Shown piece after piece: positions 17,770-28,046 of a stretch of DNA of 64,000 nt (positions are counted from its first letter, which is position 1; each line of letters starts with the position of its first letter). The notes under the pieces were generated by a model that saw only the letters and a program-made list of their open reading frames with translations, ran no database searches and was not told the DNA's origin. The stretch covers positions 576-64,575 of the forward strand of contig JAHCRG010000004.1 in the NCBI GenBank assembly GCA_020148045.1, in the 5' to 3' direction. Source of the DNA: Patescibacteria group bacterium (GTDB lineage: Bacteria; Patescibacteriota; Minisyncoccia; Minisyncoccales; GWA2-38-27). The position numbers and the translations under genes are program-made.

Positions 17770-18632
17770 AAGATTATCCCTTGGTTTTTATCGTTATGAG
17801 AAATCGTAATGCATTCTCATTAACATCACAATGTCTTCGGTCGTTAAGACAATTAACATATCCCAACTATCATATTCTTGTTGTGGATGATGGTTCAATA
17901 GATAATTCCCCAAAAATGTTAAAAAAAACATTTCCATATGTAACGCTTATTAAAAATGGAAAATATTTGGGGTATTGCAAGGGATTAAATCTGGGAATAC
18001 GCGAAGCTTTAAAAAATAATGCCGAATATGTATTTATTGTCAATAATGATACGAAAGATTTTTCTGTGAATTATTTGGAAGAAGTAGTAAAAACTTTTAA
18101 TAAAGATAATAAAGTAGGTTTAGTAGGGTCTAAAGTTTTTAATTTTGATGGCAAAAGAATTTGGGGAGGAGAAAATCATAGAAAGTTTGGAGTAGATATG
18201 AATACACCAACAAGTGGTTTTGTTGTTAAAAAAGAGGTTTTTAAAAAAATTGGTTTATTGGACGAAGTTCTGTTTAGGTTTTTTGAGGACTTAGATTTTA
18301 TTATTCGGCTCAGAAAAGCCGACTATAAAACGGCTTTCGTTCCTACGGTTAGCTTCGCCCACTTGGTGGGCGGGACGACCACAAGGCTTGGTTTTGTTTA
18401 TAATTATTACCGCATTAGAAATATCTTTTGGTTTCTAAAAAAACATAGCGCTGATTCATCCTTAAAGTGCAAAATAAGGAGTATTCGGCAACTGATGCAA
18501 ACACACATATATATCGTTCTCCGTTGCTGTAAGCATGGAAAAATGAAGGATTTGATAAAAGTGGTGGCATTTGTATTTTGCGGATTAATTATTGGTATAT
18601 TTTTGCCATATAGAAAGAAAACAAAAAAATAA
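17766..18632 (+). CDS. GT2 glycosyltransferase
   Basis: FIVMRNRN...YPNYHILVVDDGSIDNS and a FEDLDF (ED/DxD-like) region. C-terminal TM. Confidence 0.75.
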   Translation: MKDYPLVFIVMRNRNAFSLTSQCLRSLRQLTYPNYHILVVDDGSIDNSPKMLKKTFPYVTLIKNGKYLGYCKGLNLGIREALKNNAEYVFIVNNDTKDFSVNYLEEVVKTFNKDNKVGLVGSKVFNFDGKRIWGGENHRKFGVDMNTPTSGFVVKKEVFKKIGLLDEVLFRFFEDLDFIIRLRKADYKTAFVPTVSFAHLVGGTTTRLGFVYNYYRIRNIFWFLKKHSADSSLKCKIRSIRQLMQTHIYIVLRCCKHGKMKDLIKVVAFVFCGLIIGIFLPYRKKTKK

Positions 18633-18635
18633 ATA

Positions 18636-19229
18636 ATGAAAACAATAAATATGAAATCAATTATATTTTGCGATCTAGATGGTTGTTTAAACTTCTATCC
18701 TAAAACTTTTTTAGAATGGGTAAATAAACACACTGGAATTTATAAAAAAGATGTTAATAGTTTAAAGTCTATTCTTACAAAAGAGAAATATGAAAAGTTA
18801 AAATATAATTACAGAACTTGTGGAGTAAAACGCAACCTTCCGGTAAGAAAAGGTGCGATAAATACACTTAAAGAAATAAAAAAATCAGATAAAAAAATAT
18901 GGATAGTAACTACCAGGCCTACCTTTGAACCGGTAAAGAGAGATACACAATATTGGCTTAAAAAAAATAAAATAATATACGACAAATTAATTTTTCAGGA
19001 GGGGGAAAAGAAAAAAGAATTTATAAGAAGATTACGAAAAAGAATTTGTTTTATTATTGAAGATGATCTTAATATCGCTATTTATTTCGCAGGGAAACTA
19101 AAAATTCCTGTGTTTCTTTTTGATAATAAGCAACTTGGTAGTAAGCAAGACAGTAAAAAAAATCATCCCCTGATAATCTATATTAAATCATGGAATGATA
19201 TAAAAACTCTTTTTTCTAATTATATTTAA
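18636..19229 (+). CDS. HAD-superfamily phosphatase-like protein
   Basis: IIFCDLDGCL is motif I. IVTTRP and IEDD are plausible motifs II/IV. Confidence 0.45.
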   Translation: MKTINMKSIIFCDLDGCLNFYPKTFLEWVNKHTGIYKKDVNSLKSILTKEKYEKLKYNYRTCGVKRNLPVRKGAINTLKEIKKSDKKIWIVTTRPTFEPVKRDTQYWLKKNKIIYDKLIFQEGEKKKEFIRRLRKRICFIIEDDLNIAIYFAGKLKIPVFLFDNKQLGSKQDSKKNHPLIIYIKSWNDIKTLFSNYI

Positions 19230-19236
19230 CATCGAA

Positions 19237-20472
19237 ATGTATAAACTTTTATATTTGGTAAGAGCAGAAGCTGATTTTGAGCGAGTGGTTGCTTTGGCTA
19301 TCGCTGGAAAAGATAAATTTAAACAAACTTTTATTTTTACAGGCAGTTTGCCCCCTTTTTTTGTTAATGAAATCCAAAATCAGTTTCAAAAACATCTTTT
19401 CAAAAAACATGGCTTTAAAATAAAAGATTTATGCGATTACGATATAATTGGGATTATCCTAAAAAAATTTTCCTATAAAGAAAAATTTTCTATTGCTGAT
19501 GAGATTTTTAAATCAAGAAAAAAATTATTTAAATTTTTAGTACCATTGGCATTTTTATATTTGCTTAGACAATATAAAGAACTTAGAAAAAGAAAAATAA
19601 CAAAAAAAATATTAAAAGAAGTAAATCCAGATGCTTTATTAACAGATGCTTCTCAGCCTATGCCAGATTATGTTCCCGAAGTATTTAGAAAAGCGGCTTT
19701 TGAAATGGGAATACCATCTTGTATCTTTCCCCATGGAGCGGCGGGGGGCTTACATCAAGCATTTTCAGAGCCCAAATGTCATAATTATAAAAATTATTAT
19801 GTTTTTGTTTGCAGCGACTTAGACATAAAAACCATCTCGGCTGATAGAATCATTCTTGGCGATATGTCTTCCAGTTTTCCCTACGTAAATTACCTTCATA
19901 GTATTAATAGTCATACCCTATCTTTCTTAAATGATAGAAAATTTAAAATTGCTTTCCTCCAGTCAGGCGTTATAGGTTATTATACGTCAACAAATGCTTG
20001 GTTAGAGATGGAAAAAATAATTATTAATTTGTCTAACAATCCCGATGTGGCAATGATTATTAAAAAACATCCCAGAAAAAGCGACACAATTACTGATTTC
20101 AGAATGTTCTCTACCTTTAATAATGTTAAAATCGTCGGCTCGGAGTGTGATAGATCAAGAGTGGTAAAATGGGCAGATATTATTGTTTGCAGTGACCACT
20201 GTTCAACCATATTTGAACCTATGATTCTCGGTAAGAAAGTGGTGGCTATTGAGGGTACGCATATCCCAAAGTATAAAGACAAACATAGCCCCTTGAAAAA
20301 TTCAAGCGTAAAATATATCTCTTCAGCCGAAGAATTTGATTTTAATTCTATACCCAACGCAAATCCAGAAGACCCGGTTACAAATCGAATCTGCTGGGGA
20401 AATCACGGTAAAGTTGATTTGGCTAGATTATTCTTAGAAAAAGTAGAAGAGATTATTATGAATAGAAGATAA
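19237..20472 (+). CDS. GT-B-like polymer-forming transferase (TagF/KpsS-like), tentative
   Basis: The C-terminal half has MIIKKHPRKS and ADIIVCSDHCSTIFEPMILGKKVV, resembling TagF-type or KpsS-type blocks. The N-terminal half is not recognised. Confidence 0.35.
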   Translation: MYKLLYLVRAEADFERVVALAIAGKDKFKQTFIFTGSLPPFFVNEIQNQFQKHLFKKHGFKIKDLCDYDIIGIILKKFSYKEKFSIADEIFKSRKKLFKFLVPLAFLYLLRQYKELRKRKITKKILKEVNPDALLTDASQPMPDYVPEVFRKAAFEMGIPSCIFPHGAAGGLHQAFSEPKCHNYKNYYVFVCSDLDIKTISADRIILGDMSSSFPYVNYLHSINSHTLSFLNDRKFKIAFLQSGVIGYYTSTNAWLEMEKIIINLSNNPDVAMIIKKHPRKSDTITDFRMFSTFNNVKIVGSECDRSRVVKWADIIVCSDHCSTIFEPMILGKKVVAIEGTHIPKYKDKHSPLKNSSVKYISSAEEFDFNSIPNANPEDPVTNRICWGNHGKVDLARLFLEKVEEIIMNRR

Positions 20473-20484
20473 AGACTATTTTCA

Positions 20485-21864
20485 ATGAGAGAAATAAAAT
20501 ATCAAAAAATTGATTTTCTTATTGTCGGCGCTTCGTATCAAGGAAGAAAGAATTTTTATTATAATTTAGCGCAGGAATTTCACAAAAAAGGTTATCAAAG
20601 CTGTGTATTAACAGGCTGTTACGAAGAATATAGGCAATTGAAAAATCAACAAATTTATTGTTTATATTTAAACAATTTGATTAGGATACTAAATAAAATC
20701 AAAAATATTGAAGAAAAGGCAAGCCAAATAGAGAAAAAATATAACATTCCGAGTTTAAACAATTTTATTTTTACTGAAAAATGCTATTGCGGTGAGAAAG
20801 ATAATTATCTTATAAAAAAGGCCATCATATGTTTTGAGGTATTGGAAAAATTACTAATGAATCTACAGCCAAAATGTGTGATTCAAAATCAAGGAGGAGA
20901 AATTCATAGACGAGTACTGCATATGATTGCCCGAAAAAGAGGAATTCCAGTTATTTATTTTGGAGAAAGTTTTTTCCCTGATAAAATGTTACTACATTCA
21001 GATGAGATGAATACTTTAACTGAATATAAAAATATTCCATGGGATGAAGTAACTGATAACCAAAAGAGAGAAATTGAAAAACATATAGAAGATTTTGTCA
21101 GTCAGAAAAGTATTTTCCGATACTTTTTTTTCAAAAAAAGAACATTGATTGAATTTTTTAGGATATTTTTAGGTTATGTCAAAAATCGTGAATTCAGAAA
21201 TTTAAGAATTGCTCTTCGAACAAAATTTAAATGGTATATTATTGATAATTTTAACAAACTTTTTTCAGTTTTTCTTTATCAGGATTACTTAAAGGATGAA
21301 AAATTTATTTATTTCCCTTTACATGTTCCAGATGATTCACAAATTACCATCAGAAATCCTCAATTTTACGATCAAGCGTCACTTGCTTTATATATAGCGA
21401 AAATGATACCTTTTGGATATAAACTTTATGTTAAAGAACATCCAGGTAGTCTTATTTCGGTTAGAGATAAAAGAAGGTTAAATAAAGAAAACAGTATTGT
21501 TCTTTTGAATCCAAGAATCAATTCTCATTTGGTTATAGAGAAATCAAAAGCTATTGTTATTATTAATTCTACAGTTGGATTTGAAGCTCTTCATTATTCA
21601 AAACCAGTAATTGTTTTGGGAAATTGGAATCTAAAAGGCAAAGGAATAACTATAGATGTTGATAATATTTTTAATTTAGATAAAGCGATCAAATTTGCAT
21701 TAGAAACAAGAGTAAATCCAGAAAAGATTAAAGCCTTTTTGTTTTCATTAAAAGAATCAATGTATGAGGGGAGTATTTTGAAAAAAAATATAGATTATCC
21801 CTTAGTGGTTCAATCATTGATCAAAAAGTTTAATAAATCTAAAAATAAATACTTTGAAGAATAA
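20485..21864 (+). CDS. Capsule_synth (KpsC/KpsS) family glycosyltransferase-like protein
   Basis: FIYFPLHVPDDSQI, LYVKEHPGS, and INSTVGFEALHYSKPVIVLG match the hallmark blocks of KpsC/KpsS beta-Kdo transferases. Confidence 0.6.
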   Translation: MREIKYQKIDFLIVGASYQGRKNFYYNLAQEFHKKGYQSCVLTGCYEEYRQLKNQQIYCLYLNNLIRILNKIKNIEEKASQIEKKYNIPSLNNFIFTEKCYCGEKDNYLIKKAIICFEVLEKLLMNLQPKCVIQNQGGEIHRRVLHMIARKRGIPVIYFGESFFPDKMLLHSDEMNTLTEYKNIPWDEVTDNQKREIEKHIEDFVSQKSIFRYFFFKKRTLIEFFRIFLGYVKNREFRNLRIALRTKFKWYIIDNFNKLFSVFLYQDYLKDEKFIYFPLHVPDDSQITIRNPQFYDQASLALYIAKMIPFGYKLYVKEHPGSLISVRDKRRLNKENSIVLLNPRINSHLVIEKSKAIVIINSTVGFEALHYSKPVIVLGNWNLKGKGITIDVDNIFNLDKAIKFALETRVNPEKIKAFLFSLKESMYEGSILKKNIDYPLVVQSLIKKFNKSKNKYFEE

Positions 21865-21865
21865 A

Positions 21866-22816
21866 ATGCAACTAAATATGCCATTTCAACAACCACCTAA
21901 AATTTGTCCAATTTGCCAAGAAGGAAAACTATTTAAATTTGTTAAAGATTACCGGAGTAAATCTGGTAAGTTTTCCCTATTTGAGTGTGAATTATGTAAA
22001 ATTCAATTTTGGACGCCATTTAAAAATCCGGGAGTCGACTGGTACGAGAAACAAGATGGTTTCACTGCTAGGGGCATTTTGAGGTATAAAATTTATAGAG
22101 ATTATCATAAGAAATTTCTGAAATTATATAAAAATCTTCCACCAAATATAAAAGTTTTAGACCTTGGTTGCGGCATAAGTGAATTTATCGCTGAACTTCA
22201 GAAGAGAGGTTGTGAGGTGTGGGGAGTAGATTTTGATAAAAATTTCATCGAGATAGCCAAAAAAAACTTTAATTTGAAAAATGTCTATGCGATGTCTTTT
22301 GATGATTTCTTTCAAAAGCAAGATATTCCTCAATTTGATATCATTACTTTTTTTGAGGTCATTGAACACTTAGATAATCCTTTAAAATTTATTCAAAATG
22401 CCAAGAAGATACTGAAACCAGGCGGCAAAATTATTTTGAGTACTCCGGAAAGAGAAAGACTACTGGTCAACTCAGCTCATTTGGATTTCCCTCCCCATCA
22501 TTTAACCAGGTGGAATCGAGAAGCCATTTCAAATTTATTTAAAAAAATTAATTTTAGAATGTCTTATGTTGAGCATATAGACCAGTTCGGTTATCTAATG
22601 TCGGTAATTAATGAAAAATTTAGAACAGGATTAGTAAATAAAACCGCTGAGTTATCAAAAGGTAATAACAAAAAGTCGGTGATGGTAAAATTAGTCCACC
22701 TTGGTGGTAGTCTAAAAGACTATCTTATTGGTGGAATCCCAGCTATTTTTTTATGGTTTTTTAGTAAATTGACAAAACACGAAAATGGAACTATATTAAT
22801 TGAATTTAAAAAATGA
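21866..22816 (+). CDS. Class I SAM-dependent methyltransferase with N-terminal Cys4 zinc ribbon
   Basis: CPICQ...CELCK ribbon. KVLDLGCGISEF...VWGVDFD SAM motifs I/II. The ATG at 21866 is preferred over the track TTG at 21854. Confidence 0.75.
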   Translation: MQLNMPFQQPPKICPICQEGKLFKFVKDYRSKSGKFSLFECELCKIQFWTPFKNPGVDWYEKQDGFTARGILRYKIYRDYHKKFLKLYKNLPPNIKVLDLGCGISEFIAELQKRGCEVWGVDFDKNFIEIAKKNFNLKNVYAMSFDDFFQKQDIPQFDIITFFEVIEHLDNPLKFIQNAKKILKPGGKIILSTPERERLLVNSAHLDFPPHHLTRWNREAISNLFKKINFRMSYVEHIDQFGYLMSVINEKFRTGLVNKTAELSKGNNKKSVMVKLVHLGGSLKDYLIGGIPAIFLWFFSKLTKHENGTILIEFKK

Positions 22817-23961
22817 AGAAAATGAAAGATAAAAAAATCCTTTTTTTGGTTCAAACCTTGGCTAAAGGAGGAGGTGAAAGAGTAGTTTCCGAATTAACTT
22901 TAAATTTTCCTGAGAATATCCAGAGAATTATTGTTTTATTTGAAGAGAAAGTTTCTTATCCTTATAAGGGCAAGTTAGTTTCTTTAAATATTCCGTTTTC
23001 TAAGAAGTTTTTTCCTAAGGTTTATTATCTTTTTTCAGGTTTTTTCCGTTTTAAAAGAATAATTAAAAAAGAAAAACCAAGTTATATAATAAGCTTTGGG
23101 AATGCCCCTAATATTTTTAATGCTCTGATTGGCAGAAAAGCAATAATTAGAGGCGATAATTTTTTATCGGAAGGTTATAAGACTTTTTGGGGGAGAGTGT
23201 ATAAAATTTTAGTAAGATTGTTATTTAATAGATCTGCAAAAATTATTGCTGTTTCCAAAGGGATAAAAAATGACTTTATAAGAAATTTTGGGGTTCAAGA
23301 AGAAAAAATAAAAGTAATCCACAATCCAATTGATGTAGATAATATCCGGAAGCTTTCAAAAGAACTCTTAAAACCAGAGCATCAGAAGATTTTCAATCAT
23401 CCAGTTTTAATTAATATAGGAAGATTGGGGGAGCAAAAAGGTCAGTGGCATTTAATTAAAGCGTTTAAAGAGATTAAAAGAGAAATAGGGGATTTGAAGC
23501 TTGTGATTTTAGGAGAAGGTAAATTAAAATCTTATTTTAAAAAATTGATTCAACAGTTAGGTTTGGAAAATGATGTTTATATTTTAGGTTGGCAGAAAAA
23601 CCCATTTAAATTTTTATCAAAGTCGAACCTTTTTATTCTATCTTCTCATTGGGAGGGATTGCCGACCGTAATTTTAGAGGCGATGACTTGTGGGCTTCCA
23701 GTGATATCTACAGACTGCAAGTCGGGACCGAGAGAAATTTTAGCGCCGGATACTAATATAGAAAGCCAGACAGAGGATATTGAACGGGCCGAATACGGCA
23801 TTCTAATTCCGACAAAAAACGAGGAAATATTAAGTAAAGCAATAATTGAAATGTTAAATGATAAAAACTTAGCAAACAATCTGGCATTAAAATCGCAAAA
23901 AAGAGTAAAAGATTTTAATATTGATAAAATTATCAAAAAATGGGAATTTTTAACGAAATAA
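22813..23961 (+). CDS. GT4 (GT-B) glycosyltransferase
   Basis: GRLGEQKG, and the EGLPTVILEAMTCGLPVISTD..SGPREIL E-x7-E region. Confidence 0.85.
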   Translation: MKKMKDKKILFLVQTLAKGGGERVVSELTLNFPENIQRIIVLFEEKVSYPYKGKLVSLNIPFSKKFFPKVYYLFSGFFRFKRIIKKEKPSYIISFGNAPNIFNALIGRKAIIRGDNFLSEGYKTFWGRVYKILVRLLFNRSAKIIAVSKGIKNDFIRNFGVQEEKIKVIHNPIDVDNIRKLSKELLKPEHQKIFNHPVLINIGRLGEQKGQWHLIKAFKEIKREIGDLKLVILGEGKLKSYFKKLIQQLGLENDVYILGWQKNPFKFLSKSNLFILSSHWEGLPTVILEAMTCGLPVISTDCKSGPREILAPDTNIESQTEDIERAEYGILIPTKNEEILSKAIIEMLNDKNLANNLALKSQKRVKDFNIDKIIKKWEFLTK

Positions 23962-23971
23962 AAAATAAATT

Positions 23972-24751
23972 ATGATAGAACTAATTAAGAATTTAGCTAA
24001 AAAAAGCAAGACGACATTAAAAGCTTACAAAATATTTAAATTTATAAGAGAAATTCCTTTTAAGGATTATTTGAATTTTAAAAAGCTCGTCTTAATTGAG
24101 AAAGTTTATCCTTATACAATGGTTGACTATTCTAGATTAGCTAATGTTTATTTCCTTGCCGAATTAGTTGAAAAATCAAAAGTGAAAGGAGCATTTGTTG
24201 AATGTGGAGTATGGAAAGGTGGTTGTGCCGCGATTATGGGGTTTGTTGTTGATAGGGCAAAATCTAACCGGAAGGTTTGGTTATTTGATTCTTTTCAGGG
24301 GATGCCAGAGCCATCCAAAAAAGATGGAGTCGATAAAGATGGAGTTCCAGCTAAGGAGTACACCTCAAACAGAGATTCTGGGAGATTGGTGCCGACAAAC
24401 CTGTGTTCTTGCTCCCTGGATGACGTAGAAAAGATATTTTTTTCTATATTAAAAATAGATAGAAAAAATGTAGTAGTTAGAAAGGGGTGGTTTCAAGAGA
24501 CCTTACCGGAGGCCAAAAAAGAGATTGGTCCTATTGCCATTCTTCGGTTAGACAGTGATTGGTATGAGTCTACTAAGTGTTGTCTGGAGAATTTGTACGA
24601 TAATGTAATTCCTGGGGGCTATATTATTATAGACGATTATGGTTTTTGGGAAGGATGCAAAAAAGCGGTGGACGAATTTCTAGGAGAAAGAGATCTGGAA
24701 GTAAATTTAATTAGTATTAACGAGATGGGAATTTATTTTCAAAAACCTTAA
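23972..24751 (+). CDS. TylF/MycF-type sugar O-methyltransferase
   Basis: GAFVECGVWKGG, LFDSFQGMP, and ILRLDSDWYEST match macrocin-O-methyltransferase family blocks. Confidence 0.7.
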   Translation: MIELIKNLAKKSKTTLKAYKIFKFIREIPFKDYLNFKKLVLIEKVYPYTMVDYSRLANVYFLAELVEKSKVKGAFVECGVWKGGCAAIMGFVVDRAKSNRKVWLFDSFQGMPEPSKKDGVDKDGVPAKEYTSNRDSGRLVPTNLCSCSLDDVEKIFFSILKIDRKNVVVRKGWFQETLPEAKKEIGPIAILRLDSDWYESTKCCLENLYDNVIPGGYIIIDDYGFWEGCKKAVDEFLGERDLEVNLISINEMGIYFQKP

Positions 24752-24764
24752 TTTTGCTTAAAAT

Positions 24765-25760
24765 ATGAGGAAAAAAATATATTGGGTTCAGGTTTCTTCA
24801 AAAAAATATGGAGGAAGTCTTTATGGAGAAGAAGTAAGAAAGGTTCTTTCCGAAGAGTTTGATATAGAAGTTGAAAACTTAGAAGCAAGATATCTTAAAT
24901 GGAGATATTTAAAACCCTTTGAGTGGCTTTTAAATTTTATAAAGTTAAAAGGCAAGAAAGATTTGTGGATAATATCTTCTTTTTCAGATTTAGCCCTTGC
25001 TTCGTCTCTAAGCAGAATTAAGGGCAAGAAGTTGGCTATAATTCACCATATTGATAATTCTGTATTTTCTTTGATTTTAAAACCCTTCTTTTTTTTAATT
25101 GAAACTTTTTTTTATTACAGTTTAAAAAAAACAGATACAATTGTAACAGTTTCTGAATATTGGAAAAAGCACTTTTTAGATAGAGGATATTCTAATGTTT
25201 ATAAAATATATAATCCTTTTAATTTAGCTGATTTTAATGTCAGCTACCAAGAAGCTTTGGAGTTTAAAAAAAGATTTAATCTTGAGGGAAAACCAATAGT
25301 TTATATCGGAAACTGCCAAAAGGAAAAGGGAGCAATAGAGGTTTTTAAAGCATTAAAAGATTTAGATGTTTATCTGATTACTTCGGGAGAAAGGAGGGTT
25401 AAAATACCAACAGTGAATTTAAATATAGAATATAAAGATTATCTTCGGCTTCTTAAGGCATCTTCTATAGTAATAACAATGTCTAAATTTAAGGAAGGTT
25501 GGTGCAGAACTGCTCACGAAGCAATGTTGTGTAAAACGCCGGTAATAGGATCGGGATTAGGCGGAATGAAGGAATTGTTAGAAGGGGGCAAGCAGATAAT
25601 TTGTAAAAACCGTCAAAATTTAGGAGAAAAAGTGAGGTATTTATTAAACCATCCCGAGATAAGAAAAAAAATGGGGAAAGATGGCTACAATTTCGCTAAA
25701 GAATTTAATTTAGAAAAATTTGAACAAGAATGGATGGAATTAATTAAAAAAATATTATGA
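24765..25760 (+). CDS. GT4-like glycosyltransferase
   Basis: The C-terminal EGWCRTAHEAMLCKTPVIGSGLGGMKELL is an E-x7-E type motif. Confidence 0.65.
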   Translation: MRKKIYWVQVSSKKYGGSLYGEEVRKVLSEEFDIEVENLEARYLKWRYLKPFEWLLNFIKLKGKKDLWIISSFSDLALASSLSRIKGKKLAIIHHIDNSVFSLILKPFFFLIETFFYYSLKKTDTIVTVSEYWKKHFLDRGYSNVYKIYNPFNLADFNVSYQEALEFKKRFNLEGKPIVYIGNCQKEKGAIEVFKALKDLDVYLITSGERRVKIPTVNLNIEYKDYLRLLKASSIVITMSKFKEGWCRTAHEAMLCKTPVIGSGLGGMKELLEGGKQIICKNRQNLGEKVRYLLNHPEIRKKMGKDGYNFAKEFNLEKFEQEWMELIKKIL

Positions 25761-27058
25761 CGAAAAGAAACTTACTTGAACTTTTACCTTTAATTCTTTT
25801 AGTTTTGGCTATTGGTTTAAGCCCTAGTTTTCCGGCTGGGACATTTGGAGGAGATAAAACTATTGAGCTGAGAGTGGAAGATTTTTTGATGGTGATTTTA
25901 GGGGTAATTTGGATAGCCAGTTTTTTAATTTCAAGAAAAGAAAAAGTAAAAAAACCTCCTTTATTATTTCCTATTTTAATTTGGGTTGGCATAGGGTTTT
26001 TTAGCACCGTTCTTAGTATTCTCTTGGGAAAGCTTAATTTCTCCAATGGCTTTTTTTATTTCTTTAAAGGAATTCAGTATTTCTTTTTATATTTTTATTT
26101 TTTTTATCATTTAAAGAAAATAAAAGTTGCAGAATCTTTGATAAAGATTTTGATGTTTCTGGGGGGAGCTAATGTCTTATACATTCTTTATCAGAATCTT
26201 ACAAATAAAGTAACGGGAGATCTTTACTATTTTTTTTCACATCTTAATCCGCCGGGAGATAATTATGGGGCGTCGGCTCTTTGTGAAGCGGGGGTTCTTC
26301 CCAGGGGAATGTTTTTTCTTTTGCTTTTTATCTTTTTTCTTAATATTTTTCTTTATTACTTTTCAAAATTAAAAATTTCAAAATTGAAGAAGGTATTTTT
26401 GTTTTTTGGAGTTATAGCTCCCGGCTATGGTGTTTTTTCTTCCGGCTCTAGGACATCTTTTTTGGGTCTTCTTTTGGCTACTTTTTTAAGCCTCCTCTTC
26501 TTATTATTTTTTAAAAAAAGAAACTGCAAGCAGTTTTTGCTAATTGTCCTAATTCTTCTTTTTTTTGCTGGAATTTTTCTAGTTATTCCTAATCCTTTTT
26601 CAGGTTCGGATAGAATAATAAGAATGTTTTCTTCCACGGGGATTGTTTTAAGTGAGATTAGAAGATCAAGAATAGATTCAGCAATTGCTCCGACTTTTAA
26701 AAAGATAATGGAAGAGAAAAACTTATTATTGCCATTTTTTGGGTTTGGGAAAGGGTATATTAGAGAGGGCCACAATCAATATTTGCTTTATTTTACTTGG
26801 GTGGGGATTACAGGTCTTTTTGTGTTTTTTTGGCTAATTTTTAATATTTTAAGAAAAAGCTTCAAAGCATTTTTAAAGAGCGGAGAAGGTTTTTTAGTAG
26901 GGATGTCGTCAGGGCTTTTTGTTGCTACAATATCTATGCTTTTTTGCGGGCTAGCCTCAGATCCTTTTATGGTAGTAAAGTCTGCGGAAGTTTATTGGAT
27001 GTTTGCCGGCATTACTATGGCTGTTCTTAGTATTAACAGAGAAAAATACAATGAGTAA
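25757..27058 (+). CDS. O-antigen polymerase/ligase-like polytopic membrane protein (Wzy_C-like)
   Basis: At least 10 hydrophobic segments. The SGSRTSFLGLLLA block resembles the Wzy_C domain. Confidence 0.55.
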   Translation: MTKRNLLELLPLILLVLAIGLSPSFPAGTFGGDKTIELRVEDFLMVILGVIWIASFLISRKEKVKKPPLLFPILIWVGIGFFSTVLSILLGKLNFSNGFFYFFKGIQYFFLYFYFFYHLKKIKVAESLIKILMFLGGANVLYILYQNLTNKVTGDLYYFFSHLNPPGDNYGASALCEAGVLPRGMFFLLLFIFFLNIFLYYFSKLKISKLKKVFLFFGVIAPGYGVFSSGSRTSFLGLLLATFLSLLFLLFFKKRNCKQFLLIVLILLFFAGIFLVIPNPFSGSDRIIRMFSSTGIVLSEIRRSRIDSAIAPTFKKIMEEKNLLLPFFGFGKGYIREGHNQYLLYFTWVGITGLFVFFWLIFNILRKSFKAFLKSGEGFLVGMSSGLFVATISMLFCGLASDPFMVVKSAEVYWMFAGITMAVLSINREKYNE

Positions 27059-28046
27059 CATCTTAGTCTCCGTTATTATTCCTTGCCGAAATGAAGAAAA
27101 ATTCATAAGCAAATGTTTGGATTCTATAATTGCCCAGGATTTCCCAAAAGATAAACAGGAGGTTTTAATTATTGATGGAATGTCAGAAGATAAAACTAAA
27201 GAGATTATTGAAAATTATTCTAAACGTTTCCCTTATGTTAAACTTTTAAATAACCCAACTAAATTTACCCCTGCTGGTTTAAATATTGGGGTTAAAAAAT
27301 CAAAGGGAGAAGTTATTATCAGAATGGATGCTCATGCTATTTATTCTAGAGATTATATTTCAAAATGCCTAAAATATTTAGAAAAGTATAGGGTAGATAA
27401 TGTTGGTGGAATAATAAAAACCATTCCAAAAGAAAATAAAATTATAGCCAAAGCTATCGCTTTTTCCTTATCTCATCCATTTGGGGCCGGTGCGTCGTAT
27501 TTTAGAATTGGGTCAGAAAAGCCGAGATTGGTAGATACAGTTTTTGGGGGATGTTATAGAAAAAAAGTTTTTGACAAAATAGGATTTTTTAATGAGAACT
27601 TAGTGAGATCTCAAGATATGGAGTTTAATTTGCGTCTAAAAAGAACAGGGGGTAAAATTCTTTTGGCCCCAGACATTAAAAGTTACTATTATCCAAAAGC
27701 TACACTTTGGAGTTTCTTTGTCCATAATTTAAAGGACGGAGTTTGGTCGGTTTATCTTTTAAGGTTTGTAAAAATGCCTTTGAGTTTAAGGCACTATATC
27801 CCTTTAGTTTTTGTTTTAAGTTTAGTGGTAACAGGATTGCTTGGGATCTTCCTTTCTATTTTCTTTTGGATTTTTCTAGGTATAACTTGTTTATATATCA
27901 TAACTGCTGTTTATTTTTCTATTAAAAGTGCTATAGTGAAGAGAGAAATTAGCTATTTTTTTGCTTTGCCGTTAGTTTTTACTACTCGGCATATTGGATA
28001 TGGTTTAGGTTCAATTTTAGGATTTATTAAATTATTCAAAAAATAG
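27051..28046 (+). CDS. GT2 glycosyltransferase with C-terminal TM helices
   Basis: VSVIIPCRNEEKFI...IIDGMSEDKT and RMDAH. The ATG at 27051 overlaps the previous stop (ATGAGTAA). Confidence 0.8.
   Translation: MSNILVSVIIPCRNEEKFISKCLDSIIAQDFPKDKQEVLIIDGMSEDKTKEIIENYSKRFPYVKLLNNPTKFTPAGLNIGVKKSKGEVIIRMDAHAIYSRDYISKCLKYLEKYRVDNVGGIIKTIPKENKIIAKAIAFSLSHPFGAGASYFRIGSEKPRLVDTVFGGCYRKKVFDKIGFFNENLVRSQDMEFNLRLKRTGGKILLAPDIKSYYYPKATLWSFFVHNLKDGVWSVYLLRFVKMPLSLRHYIPLVFVLSLVVTGLLGIFLSIFFWIFLGITCLYIITAVYFSIKSAIVKREISYFFALPLVFTTRHIGYGLGSILGFIKLFKK

Noticed and set aside
10613-27925. Same-strand nested ORFs 10613..10810, 24195..24428 and 27743..27925
   Set aside because: They are out-of-frame overlaps inside longer ORFs with recognisable domains.
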